A stretch of 64,000 nucleotides of DNA from the human T2T-CHM13v2.0 reference genome, Homo sapiens. Position 1 is the first letter of the stretch. Each line of letters begins with the position of its first letter. The stretch is from assembly GCF_009914755.1 (NCBI RefSeq), contig NC_060930.1, one strand, 5' to 3'. Below the pieces are notes generated by a model. That model did no database searches. It was not told the origin of the DNA and saw nothing but the letters and a program-made list of their open reading frames with translations. A program made the position numbers and the translations under genes. Shown one piece after another: positions 9,101 through 23,500 of this stretch.

Positions 9101-12100
9101 GCCTTCGTTGGAAACGGGATTTCTTCATGTTACTCTAGATAGAAGAATTCTCAAACACTGCTATGTGATGTTTGCATTCAAGTCACAGAGTGCAACATTC
9201 CTCTTGGTAGAGCAGTTGGGAAACACTCCTTTTGTAGAATCTGCAATGGGATATTTGGACTTCTTTGAGGCCTTCGTTGGAAACGGGATTTCTTCGTATG
9301 AATCTAGACAGAAGAATTCTCAGAAACTTCCTTGTGATGTGTGCATTCAACTCAGCGAGTGGCACCTTCCTTTGGATACAGCAGTTTTGAAACACTGTTT
9401 TTGTAGTATTTCCAAGCGGATATTTAGAGCGCCTTGAAGCCTATGCTAGAAATGGAAATATCTCCCCATAAAACCAAGACAGAAGCAATCTCAGAAACTA
9501 ATGTGTGATGGCTGCATTCCACACACACGGTGGACCATTTCTCTTGATAGAGCAGTTTTGAAACACTCTTTCTGTAGAATCTGCAAGTGGATAATTGGAC
9601 CTCCTAGAGGCCTTCGTTGGAAACGGGATTTCTTCATCTAAACCTACAGAGAAGAATTCTCAGTAACTTCTTCGGATGTGTGCATTCGACGCACAGAATG
9701 GAACATTCCCTTTGATAGAGCAGTTTTGAGACACCGTTTTTGTAGAATTCCCAAGTGGATATTTAGAGCACTTTGAAGTCTCTGCTAGAAAAGGAAACAT
9801 CTTCATGTAAAAAGTAGATAGAATCGTTCTCAGAAAGTGCTTAGTGACGTGTGCGTTCAACTCACAGAGTTTAACGTTTCTTTTGATAGAGCGTTTCTGA
9901 AACACCCTTCTTGTAGTAGCTGCAAGTGGATATTTGGACCTATTGGAGGCCTTCTTTGGAAATGGGATTTCTTCATGTAACTCTAGATTGAAGAGTTCTC
10001 AGAAACTCCTTTGTGATGTGTGCATTCAATTCAAAGAGTGAAACCTCCCTTTTCACAGAGCAGTTTTGAAACACTGTTTTTGTAGGATTTCCAAGGGGAT
10101 ATTTATAGCGCATTGAGCCTACGGCGGAAAAAGAAACATCTTCCTATAAAAACTAGACAGAATACTTCTCAGAATCTGCTTTGCGATGTGTGCGTTCAAC
10201 TCACAGAGTAAAACTTTTCTTTTGATAGAGCAGTTTTGAAACACTCTTTTTGTAGTATTTGCATGTGTATATTTAGAGCGCATTGAAGCCCACAGTAGAA
10301 AAGGAAATAACTTCACCTAAAACCTAGACAGAAGCAATCTCAGAAACTACTTTGTGATGTGTACATTCAACTCACAGAGTGGAACTTTCCTCTTTATAGA
10401 GCAGTGTTGAAACACTCTTTTTGTAGAAACTGCAAGTGGATATTTGGACCTCTTTGAGGCCTTCGTTGGAAACGGGATTTCTTCCTATAACCCTAGACAG
10501 AAGAATTTTCAGAAACCTCATTGTGATGTGTGCGTTCATCTCACAGAGTGGAGTCTTCCGTTTGATAGAGAAGTTTTGAAACCCTGTTCTTGTAGGATTT
10601 CCAAGTGGATATTTAGACCACTTTGAAGCCTATGATAGAAAAGGAAACATCTTCATGGAAAACATAGATAGAATCATCCTCAGAAACAACTTTGTGATGT
10701 GTGCGTTGAACTCACCGTCTTTAACCTTTCTTTTGGTAGAGAAGTTTTGAAACACTCTCTTTGTAAAGTCTACAAGTGGATATTTTGAGCCCTTGGAGGC
10801 ATTCTTTGGAAAAGGGAATGTCTTCACATAAAAGGCAGACGGAAGTGTTCTCAGAAACTGCTTTGTGATGTCTGTGTTCAACTCACAGAGTTTAACATTT
10901 CCTTTGATAGAGCGGTTTAGTAACCCTCTCTTTGTAGAATTTGGAAGTGTATACTAAGAGCGCTTTGAGGCCTATGGTAGAAAAGGAAATATCTTTCCAT
11001 AAAAGCTAGACAGAAGCAATCTCAGAAACTCCTTTGCGATGTCTGCATTCAACTCACCGAGTGGAACATTCCTCTTGAGAGAGCAGTTTGGAAACACTCT
11101 TTCTGTAGAATCAGCTTGTTTGTATTTGGACCTCCTTGAGGCCTTCGTTGGAAACGGGTTTTCATCTTATAAACCCAGACAGAAGAATTCTCAGAGTCTT
11201 CTTTGTGATGTGTGCTTTCAACTCACCGAGATAAAGATTTCTCTTGATAGAGCAATTTGGAAACACTCTTTTTGTAGAATTTGCAAGGGTACATTGAGAG
11301 CGCTTTCAGGCCTATGGTAGAAAAGGGAATATCTTTCCATAAAAGGTAGACAGAAGCAATCTCAGAAACTACTTTGTGATGTGTGCATTCAACTCACCGA
11401 GTGCAACGTTCCTCTTGACCGAGCAGTTTGGAAACATTGTTTCTGTAGAATCTGCAAGTGGATATTTGGACCTCTTAGAGGCCTTCGTTGGAAACGGGAT
11501 TTCTTCCTATAAACCCAGACAGAAGAATTCTCAGAGACTTCTTTGTGATGTGTGAATTCAACTCACAGTGTGGATCCTTCCTTTTGATAGAGCAGTTTTG
11601 AAACCCTGTTTTTGTAGTATTTCCAAGCGGATATTTGGAACGCCTTGAAGCGTATGGTAGAAAAGGAAATATCTTCCCATAAAACCTAGACAGAACCAAT
11701 CTCAGAAACGACTTTGTGATGTCTGCATTCAAGTCACAGAGTTGAACATTTCTCTTGATAGAGCAGTTTTGAAACCCTCTTTCTGAAGGATCTGCAAGTG
11801 GATATTTGGAACTCCTTTGGGTCTTCGTTGGAAACGGGATTTCTTCGTATAAATCTAGACAGAAGAATTCTCCGAAACTTCTTTGGTTGTGTGCATTCAA
11901 GTCACAGAGTGGAACCTTCCTTTGGATAGAGCAGTTTGAAACGCCGTGGTTGTAGTATTTCCAAGCGGATATTAGAGCGCCTTGAGGCCTATGGTAGAAA
12001 AGGAAATATCTTCCCATAAAACCTAGACGGAAGCAATCTCAGAAACTACTGTGTGATGGCTGCATTCCACACACACGGTGGAACATTTCTCTTGATAGAG

Positions 12101-12378
12101 CAGTTTTGAAACACTCTTTCTGTAGAATCTGCAAGTGGATAATTGGACCGCCTTGAGGCCTTCGTTGGAAACGGGATTTCTTCATGTTACTCTAGATAGA
12201 AGAATTCTCAAACACTGCTATGTGATGTTTGCATTCAAGTCACAGAGTGCAACATTCCTCTTGGTAGAGCAGTTGGGAAACACTCCTTTTGTAGAATCTG
12301 CAATGGGATATTTGGACTTCTTTGAGGCCTTCGTTGGAAACGGGATTTCTTCGTATGAATCTAGACAGAAGAATTCTC

Positions 12379-14929
12379 AGAAACTTCCTTGTGATGTGTG
12401 CATTCAACTCAGCGAGTGGCACCTTCCTTTGGATACAGCAGTTTTGAAACACTGTTTTTGTAGTATTTCCAAGCGGATATTTAGAGCGCCTTGAAGCCTA
12501 TGCTAGAAATGGAAATATCTCCCCATAAAACCAAGACAGAAGCAATCTCAGAAACTAATGTGTGATGGCTGCATTCCACACACACGGTGGACCATTTCTC
12601 TTGATAGAGCAGTTTTGAAACACTCTTTCTGTAGAATCTGCAAGTGGATAATTGGACCTCCTAGAGGCCTTCGTTGGAAACGGGATTTCTTCATCTAAAC
12701 CTACAGAGAAGAATTCTCAGTAACTTCTTCGGATGTGTGCATTCGACGCACAGAATGGAACATTCCCTTTGATAGAGCAGTTTTGAGACACCGTTTTTGT
12801 AGAATTCCCAAGTGGATATTTAGAGCACTTTGAAGTCTCTGCTAGAAAAGGAAACATCTTCATGTAAAAAGTAGATAGAATCGTTCTCAGAAAGTGCTTA
12901 GTGACGTGTGCGTTCAACTCACAGAGTTTAACGTTTCTTTTGATAGAGCGTTTCTGAAACACCCTTCTTGTAGTAGCTGCAAGTGGATATTTGGACCTAT
13001 TGGAGGCCTTCTTTGGAAATGGGATTTCTTCATGTAACTCTAGATTGAAGAGTTCTCAGAAACTCCTTTGTGATGTGTGCATTCAATTCAAAGAGTGAAA
13101 CCTCCCTTTTCACAGAGCAGTTTTGAAACACTGTTTTTGTAGGATTTCCAAGGGGATATTTATAGCGCATTGAGCCTACGGCGGAAAAAGAAACATCTTC
13201 CTATAAAAACTAGACAGAATACTTCTCAGAATCTGCTTTGCGATGTGTGCGTTCAACTCACAGAGTAAAACTTTTCTTTTGATAGAGCAGTTTTGAAACA
13301 CTCTTTTTGTAGTATTTGCATGTGTATATTTAGAGCGCATTGAAGCCCACAGTAGAAAAGGAAATAACTTCACCTAAAACCTAGACAGAAGCAATCTCAG
13401 AAACTACTTTGTGATGTGTACATTCAACTCACAGAGTGGAACTTTCCTCTTTATAGAGCAGTGTTGAAACACTCTTTTTGTAGAAACTGCAAGTGGATAT
13501 TTGGACCTCTTTGAGGCCTTCGTTGGAAACGGGATTTCTTCCTATAACCCTAGACAGAAGAATTTTCAGAAACCTCATTGTGATGTGTGCGTTCATCTCA
13601 CAGAGTGGAGTCTTCCGTTTGATAGAGAAGTTTTGAAACCCTGTTCTTGTAGGATTTCCAAGTGGATATTTAGACCACTTTGAAGCCTATGATAGAAAAG
13701 GAAACATCTTCATGGAAAACATAGATAGAATCATCCTCAGAAACAACTTTGTGATGTGTGCGTTGAACTCACCGTCTTTAACCTTTCTTTTGGTAGAGAA
13801 GTTTTGAAACACTCTCTTTGTAAAGTCTACAAGTGGATATTTTGAGCCCTTGGAGGCATTCTTTGGAAAAGGGAATGTCTTCACATAAAAGGCAGACGGA
13901 AGTGTTCTCAGAAACTGCTTTGTGATGTCTGTGTTCAACTCACAGAGTTTAACATTTCCTTTGATAGAGCGGTTTAGTAACCCTCTCTTTGTAGAATTTG
14001 GAAGTGTATACTAAGAGCGCTTTGAGGCCTATGGTAGAAAAGGAAATATCTTTCCATAAAAGCTAGACAGAAGCAATCTCAGAAACTCCTTTGTGATGTC
14101 TGCATTCAACTCACCGAGTGGAACATTCCTCTTGATAGAGCAGTTTGGAAACACTCTTTCTGTAGAATCAGCTTGTTTGTATTTGGACCTCCTTGAGGCC
14201 TTCGTTGGAAACGGGTTTTCATCTTATAAACCCAGACAGAAGAATTCTCAGAGTCTTCTTTGTGATGTGTGCTTTCAACTCACCGAGATAAAGATTTCTC
14301 TTGATAGAGCAATTTGGAAACACTCTTTTTGTAGAATTTGCAAGGGTACATTGAGAGCGCTTTCAGGCCTATGGTAGAAAAGGGAATATCTTTCCATAAA
14401 AGGTAGACAGAAGCAATCTCAGAAACTACTTTGTGATGTGTGCATTCAACTCACCGAGTGCAACGTTCCTCTTGACCGAGCAGTTTGGAAACATTGTTTC
14501 TGTAGAATCTGCAAGTGGATATTTGGACCTCTTTGAGGCCTTCGTTGGAAACGGGATTTCTTCCTATAAACCCAGACAGAAGAATTCTCAGAGACTTCTT
14601 TGTGATGTGTGAATTCAACTCACAGTGTGGATCCTTCCTTTTGATAGAGCAGTTTTGAAACCCTGTTTTTGTAGTATTTCCAAGCGGATATTTGGAACGC
14701 CTTGAAGCGTATGGTAGAAAAGGAAATATCTTCCCATAAAACCTAGACAGAACCAATCTCAGAAACGACTTTGTGATGTCTGCATTCAAGTCACAGAGTT
14801 GAACATTTCTCTTGATAGAGCAGTTTTGAAACCCTCTTTCTGAAGGATCTGCAAGTGGATATTTGGAACTCCTTTGGGTCTTCGTTGGAAACGGGATTTC
14901 TTCGTATAAATCTAGACAGAAGAATTCTC
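12379..14929 (+). repeat. 15-mer variant HOR (2551 bp; 506-bp deletion of 3 monomers)
   Basis: ORF spacing 12717 to 15268 = 2551; the monomers beginning ccgaaacttctttggttg, cagaaactactgtgtgatggctg and caaacactgctatgtg are absent. Confidence 0.95.
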
Positions 14930-17900
14930 AGAAACTTCCTTGTGATGTGTGCATTCAACTCAGCGAGTGGCACCTTCCTTTGGATACAGCAGTTTTGAAA
15001 CACTGTTTTTGTAGTATTTCCAAGCGGATATTTAGAGCGCCTTGAAGCCTATGCTAGAAATGGAAATATCTCCCCATAAAACCAAGACAGAAGCAATCTC
15101 AGAAACTAATGTGTGATGGCTGCATTCCACACACACGGTGGACCATTTCTCTTGATAGAGCAGTTTTGAAACACTCTTTCTGTAGAATCTGCAAGTGGAT
15201 AATTGGACCTCCTAGAGGCCTTCGTTGGAAACGGAATTTCTTCATCTAAACCTACAGAGAAGAATTCTCAGTAACTTCTTCGGATGTGTGCATTCGACGC
15301 ACAGAATGGAACATTCCCTTTGATAGAGCAGTTTTGAGACACCGTTTTTGTAGAATTCCCAAGTGGATATTTAGAGCACTTTGAAGTCTCTGCTAGAAAA
15401 GGAAACATCTTCATGTAAAAAGTAGATAGAATCGTTCTCAGAAAGTGCTTAGTGTCGTGTGCGTTCAACTCACAGAGTTTAACGTTTCTTTTGATAGAGC
15501 GTTTCTGAAACACCCTTCTTGTAGTAGCTGCAAGTGGATATTTGGACCTATTGGAGGCCTTCTTTGGAAACGGGATTTCTTCATGTAACTCTAGATTGAA
15601 GAATTCTCAGAAACTCCTTTGTGATGTGTGCATTCAATTCAAAGAGTGAAACCTCTCTTTTCACAGAGCAGTTTTGAAACACTGTTTTTGTAGGATTTCC
15701 AAGGGGATATTTATAGCGCATTGAGCCTACGGCGGAAAAAGAAACATCTTCCTATAAAAACTAGACAGAATACTTCTCAGAATCTGCTTTGCGATGTGTG
15801 CGTTCAACTCACAGAGTAAAACTTTTCTTTTGATAGAGCAGTTTTGAAACACTCTTTTTGTAGTATTTGCATGTGTATATTTAGAGCGCATTGAAGCCCA
15901 CAGTAGAAAAGGAAATAACTTCACCTAAAACCTAGACAGAAGCAATCTCAGAAACTACTTTGTGATGTGTACATTCAACTCACAGAGTGGAACTTTCCTC
16001 TTTATAGAGCAGTGTTGAAACACTCTTTTTGTAGAAACTGCAAGTGGATATTTGGACCTCTTTGAGGCCTTCGTTGGAAACGGGATTTCTTCCTATAACC
16101 CTAGACAGAAGAATTTTCAGAAACCTCATTGTGATGTGTGCGTTCATCTCACAGAGTGGAGTCTTCCGTTTGATAGAGAAGTTTTGAAACCCTGTTCTTG
16201 TAGGATTTCCAAGTGGATATTTAGACCACTTTGAAGCCTATGATAGAAAAGGAAACATCTTCATGGAAAACATAGATAGAATCATCCTCAGAAACAACTT
16301 TGTGATGTGTGCGTTGAACTCACCGTCTTTAACCTTTCTTTTGGTAGAGAAGTTTTGAAACACTCTCTTTGTAAAGTCTACAAGTGGATATTTTGAGCCC
16401 TTGGAGGCATTCTTTGGAAAAGGGAATGTCTTCACATAAAAGGCAGACGGAAGTGTTCTCAGAAACTGCTTTGTGATGTCTGTGTTCAACTCACAGAGTT
16501 TAACATTTCCTTTGATAGAGCGGTTTAGTAACCCTCTCTTTGTAGAATTTGGAAGTGTATACTAAGAGCGCTTTGAGGCCTATGGTAGAAAAGGAAATAT
16601 CTTTCCATAAAAGCTAGACAGAAGCAATCTCAGAAACTCCTTTGCGATGTCTGCATTCAACTCACCGAGTGGAACATTCCTCTTGAGAGAGCAGTTTGGA
16701 AACACTCTTTCTGTAGAATCAGCTTGTTTGTATTTGGACCTCCTTGAGGCCTTCGTTGGAAACGGGTTTTCATCTTATAAACCCAGACAGAAGAATTCTC
16801 AGAGTCTTCTTTGTGATGTGTGCTTTCAACTCACCGAGATAAAGATTTCTCTTGATAGAGCAATTTGGAAACACTCTTTTTGTAGAATTTGCAAGGGTAC
16901 ATTGAGAGCGCTTTCAGGCCTATGGTAGAAAAGGGAATATCTTTCCATAAAAGGTAGACAGAAGCAATCTCAGAAACTACTTTGTGATGTGTGCATTCAA
17001 CTCACCGAGTGCAACGTTCCTCTTGACCGAGCAGTTTGGAAACATTGTTTCTGTAGAATCTGCAAGTGGATATTTGGACCTCTTTGAGGCCTTCGTTGGA
17101 AACGGGATTTCTTCCTATAAACCCAGACAGAAGAATTCTCAGAGACTTCTTTGTGATGTGTGAATTCAACTCACAGTGTGGATCCTTCCTTTTGATAGAG
17201 CAGTTTTGAAACCCTGTTTTTGTAGTATTTCCAAGCGGATATTCGGAACGCCTTGAAGCGTATGGTAGAAAAGGAAATATCTTCCCATAAAACCTAGACA
17301 GAACCAATCTCAGAAACGACTTTGTGATGTCTGCATTCAAGTCACAGAGTTGAACATTTCTCTTGATAGAGCAGTTTTGAAACCCTCTTTCTGAAGGATC
17401 TGCAAGTGGATATTTGGAACTCCTTTGGGTCTTCGTTGGAAACGGGATTTCTTCGTATAAATCTAGACAGAAGAATTCTCCGAAACTTCTTTGGTTGTGT
17501 GCATTCAAGTCACAGAGTGGAACCTTCCTTTGGATAGAGCAGTTTGAAACGCCGTGGTTGTAGTATTTCCAAGCGGATATTAGAGCGCCTTGAGGCCTAT
17601 GGTAGAAAAGGAAATATCTTCCCATAAAACCTAGACGGAAGCAATCTCAGAAACTACTGTGTGATGGCTGCATTCCACACACACGGTGGAACATTTCTCT
17701 TGATAGAGCAGTTTTGAAACACTCTTTCTGTAGAATCTGCAAGTGGATAATTGGACCGCCTTGAGGCCTTCGTTGGAAACGGGATTTCTTCATGTTACTC
17801 TAGATAGAAGAATTCTCAAACACTGCTATGTGATGTTTGCATTCAAGTCACAGAGTGCAACATTCCTCTTGGTAGAGCAGTTGGGAAACACTCCTTTTGT

Positions 17901-17986
17901 AGAATCTGCAATGGGATATTTGGACTTCTTTGAGGCCTTCGTTGGAAACGGGATTTCTTCGTATGAATCTAGACAGAAGAATTCTC
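14930..17986 (+). repeat. Single canonical 18-mer HOR between two 15-mers
   Basis: ORF spacing 15268 to 18325 = 3057; all 18 monomers present. Confidence 0.95.
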
Positions 17987-20537
17987 AGAAACTTCCTTGT
18001 GATGTGTGCATTCAACTCAGCGAGTGGCACCTTCCTTTGGATACAGCAGTTTTGAAACACTGTTTTTGTAGTATTTCCAAGCGGATATTTAGAGCGCCTT
18101 GAAGCCTATGCTAGAAATGGAAATATCTCCCCATAAAACCAAGACAGAAGCAATCTCAGAAACTAATGTGTGATGGCTGCATTCCACACACACGGTGGAC
18201 CATTTCTCTTGATAGAGCAGTTTTGAAACACTCTTTCTGTAGAATCTGCAAGTGGATAATTGGACCTCCTAGAGGCCTTCGTTGGAAACGGGATTTCTTC
18301 ATCTAAACCTACAGAGAAGAATTCTCAGTAACTTCTTCGGATGTGTGCATTCGACGCACAGAATGGAACATTCCCTTTGATAGAGCAGTTTTGAGACACC
18401 GTTTTTGTAGAATTCCCAAGTGGATATTTAGAGCACTTTGAAGTCTCTGCTAGAAAAGGAAACATCTTCATGTAAAAAGTAGATAGAATCGTTCTCAGAA
18501 AGTGCTTAGTGACGTGTGCGTTCAACTCACAGAGTTTAACGTTTCTTTTGATAGAGCGTTTCTGAAACACCCTTCTTGTAGTAGCTGCAAGTGGATATTT
18601 GGACCTATTGGAGGCCTTCTTTGGAAATGGGATTTCTTCATGTAACTCTAGATTGAAGAGTTCTCAGAAACTCCTTTGTGATGTGTGCATTCAATTCAAA
18701 GAGTGAAACCTCCCTTTTCACAGAGCAGTTTTGAAACACTGTTTTTGTAGGATTTCCAAGGGGATATTTATAGCGCATTGAGCCTACGGCGGAAAAAGAA
18801 ACATCTTCCTATAAAAACTAGACAGAATACTTCTCAGAATCTGCTTTGCGATGTGTGCGTTCAACTCACAGAGTAAAACTTTTCTTTTGATAGAGCAGTT
18901 TTGAAACACTCTTTTTGTAGTATTTGCATGTGTATATTTAGAGCGCATTGAAGCCCACAGTAGAAAAGGAAATAACTTCACCTAAAACCTAGACAGAAGC
19001 AATCTCAGAAACTACTTTGTGATGTGTACATTCAACTCACAGAGTGGAACTTTCCTCTTTATAGAGCAGTGTTGAAACACTCTTTTTGTAGAAACTGCAA
19101 GTGGATATTTGGACCTCTTTGAGGCCTTCGTTGGAAACGGGATTTCTTCCTATAACCCTAGACAGAAGAATTTTCAGAAACCTCATTGTGATGTGTGCGT
19201 TCATCTCACAGAGTGGAGTCTTCCGTTTGATAGAGAAGTTTTGAAACCCTGTTCTTGTAGGATTTCCAAGTGGATATTTAGACCACTTTGAAGCCTATGA
19301 TAGAAAAGGAAACATCTTCATGGAAAACATAGATAGAATCATCCTCAGAAACAACTTTGTGATGTGTGCGTTGAACTCACCGTCTTTAACCTTTCTTTTG
19401 GTAGAGAAGTTTTGAAACACTCTCTTTGTAAAGTCTACAAGTGGATATTTTGAGCCCTTGGAGGCATTCTTTGGAAAAGGGAATGTCTTCACATAAAAGG
19501 CAGACGGAAGTGTTCTCAGAAACTGCTTTGTGATGTCTGTGTTCAACTCACAGAGTTTAACATTTCCTTTGATAGAGCGGTTTAGTAACCCTCTCTTTGT
19601 AGAATTTGGAAGTGTATACTAAGAGCGCTTTGAGGCCTATGGTAGAAAAGGAAATATCTTTCCATAAAAGCTAGACAGAAGCAATCTCAGAAACTCCTTT
19701 GTGATGTCTGCATTCAACTCACCGAGTGGAACATTCCTCTTGATAGAGCAGTTTGGAAACACTCTTTCTGTAGAATCAGCTTGTTTGTATTTGGACCTCC
19801 TTGAGGCCTTCGTTGGAAACGGGTTTTCATCTTATAAACCCAGACAGAAGAATTCTCAGAGTCTTCTTTGTGATGTGTGCTTTCAACTCACCGAGATAAA
19901 GATTTCTCTTGATAGAGCAATTTGGAAACACTCTTTTTGTAGAATTTGCAAGGGTACATTGAGAGCGCTTTCAGGCCTATGGTAGAAAAGGGAATATCTT
20001 TCCATAAAAGGTAGACAGAAGCAATCTCAGAAACTACTTTGTGATGTGTGCATTCAACTCACCGAGTGCAACGTTCCTCTTGACCGAGCAGTTTGGAAAC
20101 ATTGTTTCTGTAGAATCTGCAAGTGGATATTTGGACCTCTTTGAGGCCTTCGTTGGAAACGGGATTTCTTCCTATAAACCCAGACAGAAGAATTCTCAGA
20201 GACTTCTTTGTGATGTGTGAATTCAACTCACAGTGTGGATCCTTCCTTTTGATAGAGCAGTTTTGAAACCCTGTTTTTGTAGTATTTCCAAGCGGATATT
20301 TGGAACGCCTTGAAGCGTATGGTAGAAAAGGAAATATCTTCCCATAAAACCTAGACAGAACCAATCTCAGAAACGACTTTGTGATGTCTGCATTCAAGTC
20401 ACAGAGTTGAACATTTCTCTTGATAGAGCAGTTTTGAAACCCTCTTTCTGAAGGATCTGCAAGTGGATATTTGGAACTCCTTTGGGTCTTCGTTGGAAAC
20501 GGGATTTCTTCGTATAAATCTAGACAGAAGAATTCTC
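17987..20537 (+). repeat. 15-mer variant HOR (2551 bp; same deletion)
   Basis: ORF spacing 18325 to 20876 = 2551; identical junction sequence at 20517-20537. Confidence 0.95.
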
Positions 20538-23500
20538 AGAAACTTCCTTGTGATGTGTGCATTCAACTCAGCGAGTGGCACCTTCCTTTGGATACAGCAG
20601 TTTTGAAACACTGTTTTTGTAGTATTTCCAAGCGGATATTTAGAGCGCCTTGAAGCCTATGCTAGAAATGGAAATATCTCCCCATAAAACCAAGACAGAA
20701 GCAATCTCAGAAACTAATGTGTGATGGCTGCATTCCACACACACGGTGGACCATTTCTCTTGATAGAGCAGTTTTGAAACACTCTTTCTGTAGAATCTGC
20801 AAGTGGATAATTGGACCTCCTAGAGGCCTTCGTTGGAAACGGAATTTCTTCATCTAAACCTACAGAGAAGAATTCTCAGTAACTTCTTCGGATGTGTGCA
20901 TTCGACGCACAGAATGGAACATTCCCTTTGATAGAGCAGTTTTGAGACACCGTTTTTGTAGAATTCCCAAGTGGATATTTAGAGCACTTTGAAGTCTCTG
21001 CTAGAAAAGGAAACATCTTCATGTAAAAAGTAGATAGAATCGTTCTCAGAAAGTGCTTAGTGTCGTGTGCGTTCAACTCACAGAGTTTAACGTTTCTTTT
21101 GATAGAGCGTTTCTGAAACACCCTTCTTGTAGTAGCTGCAAGTGGATATTTGGACCTATTGGAGGCCTTCTTTGGAAACGGGATTTCTTCATGTAACTCT
21201 AGATTGAAGAATTCTCAGAAACTCCTTTGTGATGTGTGCATTCAATTCAAAGAGTGAAACCTCTCTTTTCACAGAGCAGTTTTGAAACACTGTTTTTGTA
21301 GGATTTCCAAGGGGATATTTATAGCGCATTGAGCCTACGGCGGAAAAAGAAACATCTTCCTATAAAAACTAGACAGAATACTTCTCAGAATCTGCTTTGC
21401 GATGTGTGCGTTCAACTCACAGAGTAAAACTTTTCTTTTGATAGAGCAGTTTTGAAACACTCTTTTTGTAGTATTTGCATGTGTATATTTAGAGCGCATT
21501 GAAGCCCACAGTAGAAAAGGAAATAACTTCACCTAAAACCTAGACAGAAGCAATCTCAGAAACTACTTTGTGATGTGTACATTCAACTCACAGAGTGGAA
21601 CTTTCCTCTTTATAGAGCAGTGTTGAAACACTCTTTTTGTAGAAACTGCAAGTGGATATTTGGACCTCTTTGAGGCCTTCGTTGGAAACGGGATTTCTTC
21701 CTATAACCCTAGACAGAAGAATTTTCAGAAACCTCATTGTGATGTGTGCGTTCATCTCACAGAGTGGAGTCTTCCGTTTGATAGAGAAGTTTTGAAACCC
21801 TGTTCTTGTAGGATTTCCAAGTGGATATTTAGACCACTTTGAAGCCTATGATAGAAAAGGAAACATCTTCATGGAAAACATAGATAGAATCATCCTCAGA
21901 AACAACTTTGTGATGTGTGCGTTGAACTCACCGTCTTTAACCTTTCTTTTGGTAGAGAAGTTTTGAAACACTCTCTTTGTAAAGTCTACAAGTGGATATT
22001 TTGAGCCCTTGGAGGCATTCTTTGGAAAAGGGAATGTCTTCACATAAAAGGCAGACGGAAGTGTTCTCAGAAACTGCTTTGTGATGTCTGTGTTCAACTC
22101 ACAGAGTTTAACATTTCCTTTGATAGAGCGGTTTAGTAACCCTCTCTTTGTAGAATTTGGAAGTGTATACTAAGAGCGCTTTGAGGCCTATGGTAGAAAA
22201 GGAAATATCTTTCCATAAAAGCTAGACAGAAGCAATCTCAGAAACTCCTTTGCGATGTCTGCATTCAACTCACCGAGTGGAACATTCCTCTTGAGAGAGC
22301 AGTTTGGAAACACTCTTTCTGTAGAATCAGCTTGTTTGTATTTGGACCTCCTTGAGGCCTTCGTTGGAAACGGGTTTTCATCTTATAAACCCAGACAGAA
22401 GAATTCTCAGAGTCTTCTTTGTGATGTGTGCTTTCAACTCACCGAGATAAAGATTTCTCTTGATAGAGCAATTTGGAAACACTCTTTTTGTAGAATTTGC
22501 AAGGGTACATTGAGAGCGCTTTCAGGCCTATGGTAGAAAAGGGAATATCTTTCCATAAAAGGTAGACAGAAGCAATCTCAGAAACTACTTTGTGATGTGT
22601 GCATTCAACTCACCGAGTGCAACGTTCCTCTTGACCGAGCAGTTTGGAAACATTGTTTCTGTAGAATCTGCAAGTGGATATTTGGACCTCTTTGAGGCCT
22701 TCGTTGGAAACGGGATTTCTTCCTATAAACCCAGACAGAAGAATTCTCAGAGACTTCTTTGTGATGTGTGAATTCAACTCACAGTGTGGATCCTTCCTTT
22801 TGATAGAGCAGTTTTGAAACCCTGTTTTTGTAGTATTTCCAAGCGGATATTTGGAACGCCTTGAAGCGTATGGTAGAAAAGGAAATATCTTCCCATAAAA
22901 CCTAGACAGAACCAATCTCAGAAACGACTTTGTGATGTCTGCATTCAAGTCACAGAGTTGAACATTTCTCTTGATAGAGCAGTTTTGAAACCCTCTTTCT
23001 GAAGGATCTGCAAGTGGATATTTGGAACTCCTTTGGGTCTTCGTTGGAAACGGGATTTCTTCGTATAAATCTAGACAGAAGAATTCTCCGAAACTTCTTT
23101 GGTTGTGTGCATTCAAGTCACAGAGTGGAACCTTCCTTTGGATAGAGCAGTTTGAAACGCCGTGGTTGTAGTATTTCCAAGCGGATATTAGAGCGCCTTG
23201 AGGCCTATGGTAGAAAAGGAAATATCTTCCCATAAAACCTAGACGGAAGCAATCTCAGAAACTACTGTGTGATGGCTGCATTCCACACACACGGTGGAAC
23301 ATTTCTCTTGATAGAGCAGTTTTGAAACACTCTTTCTGTAGAATCTGCAAGTGGATAATTGGACCGCCTTGAGGCCTTCGTTGGAAACGGGATTTCTTCA
23401 TGTTACTCTAGATAGAAGAATTCTCAAACACTGCTATGTGATGTTTGCATTCAAGTCACAGAGTGCAACATTCCTCTTGGTAGAGCAGTTGGGAAACACT

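Larger units (their letters stand above)
151..12378 (+). repeat. Four canonical 18-mer HOR copies (starts 151, 3208, 6265, 9322)
   Basis: Exact 3057-bp periodicity in sequence and ORF track; unit phase defined from the deletion junction. Confidence 0.95.
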
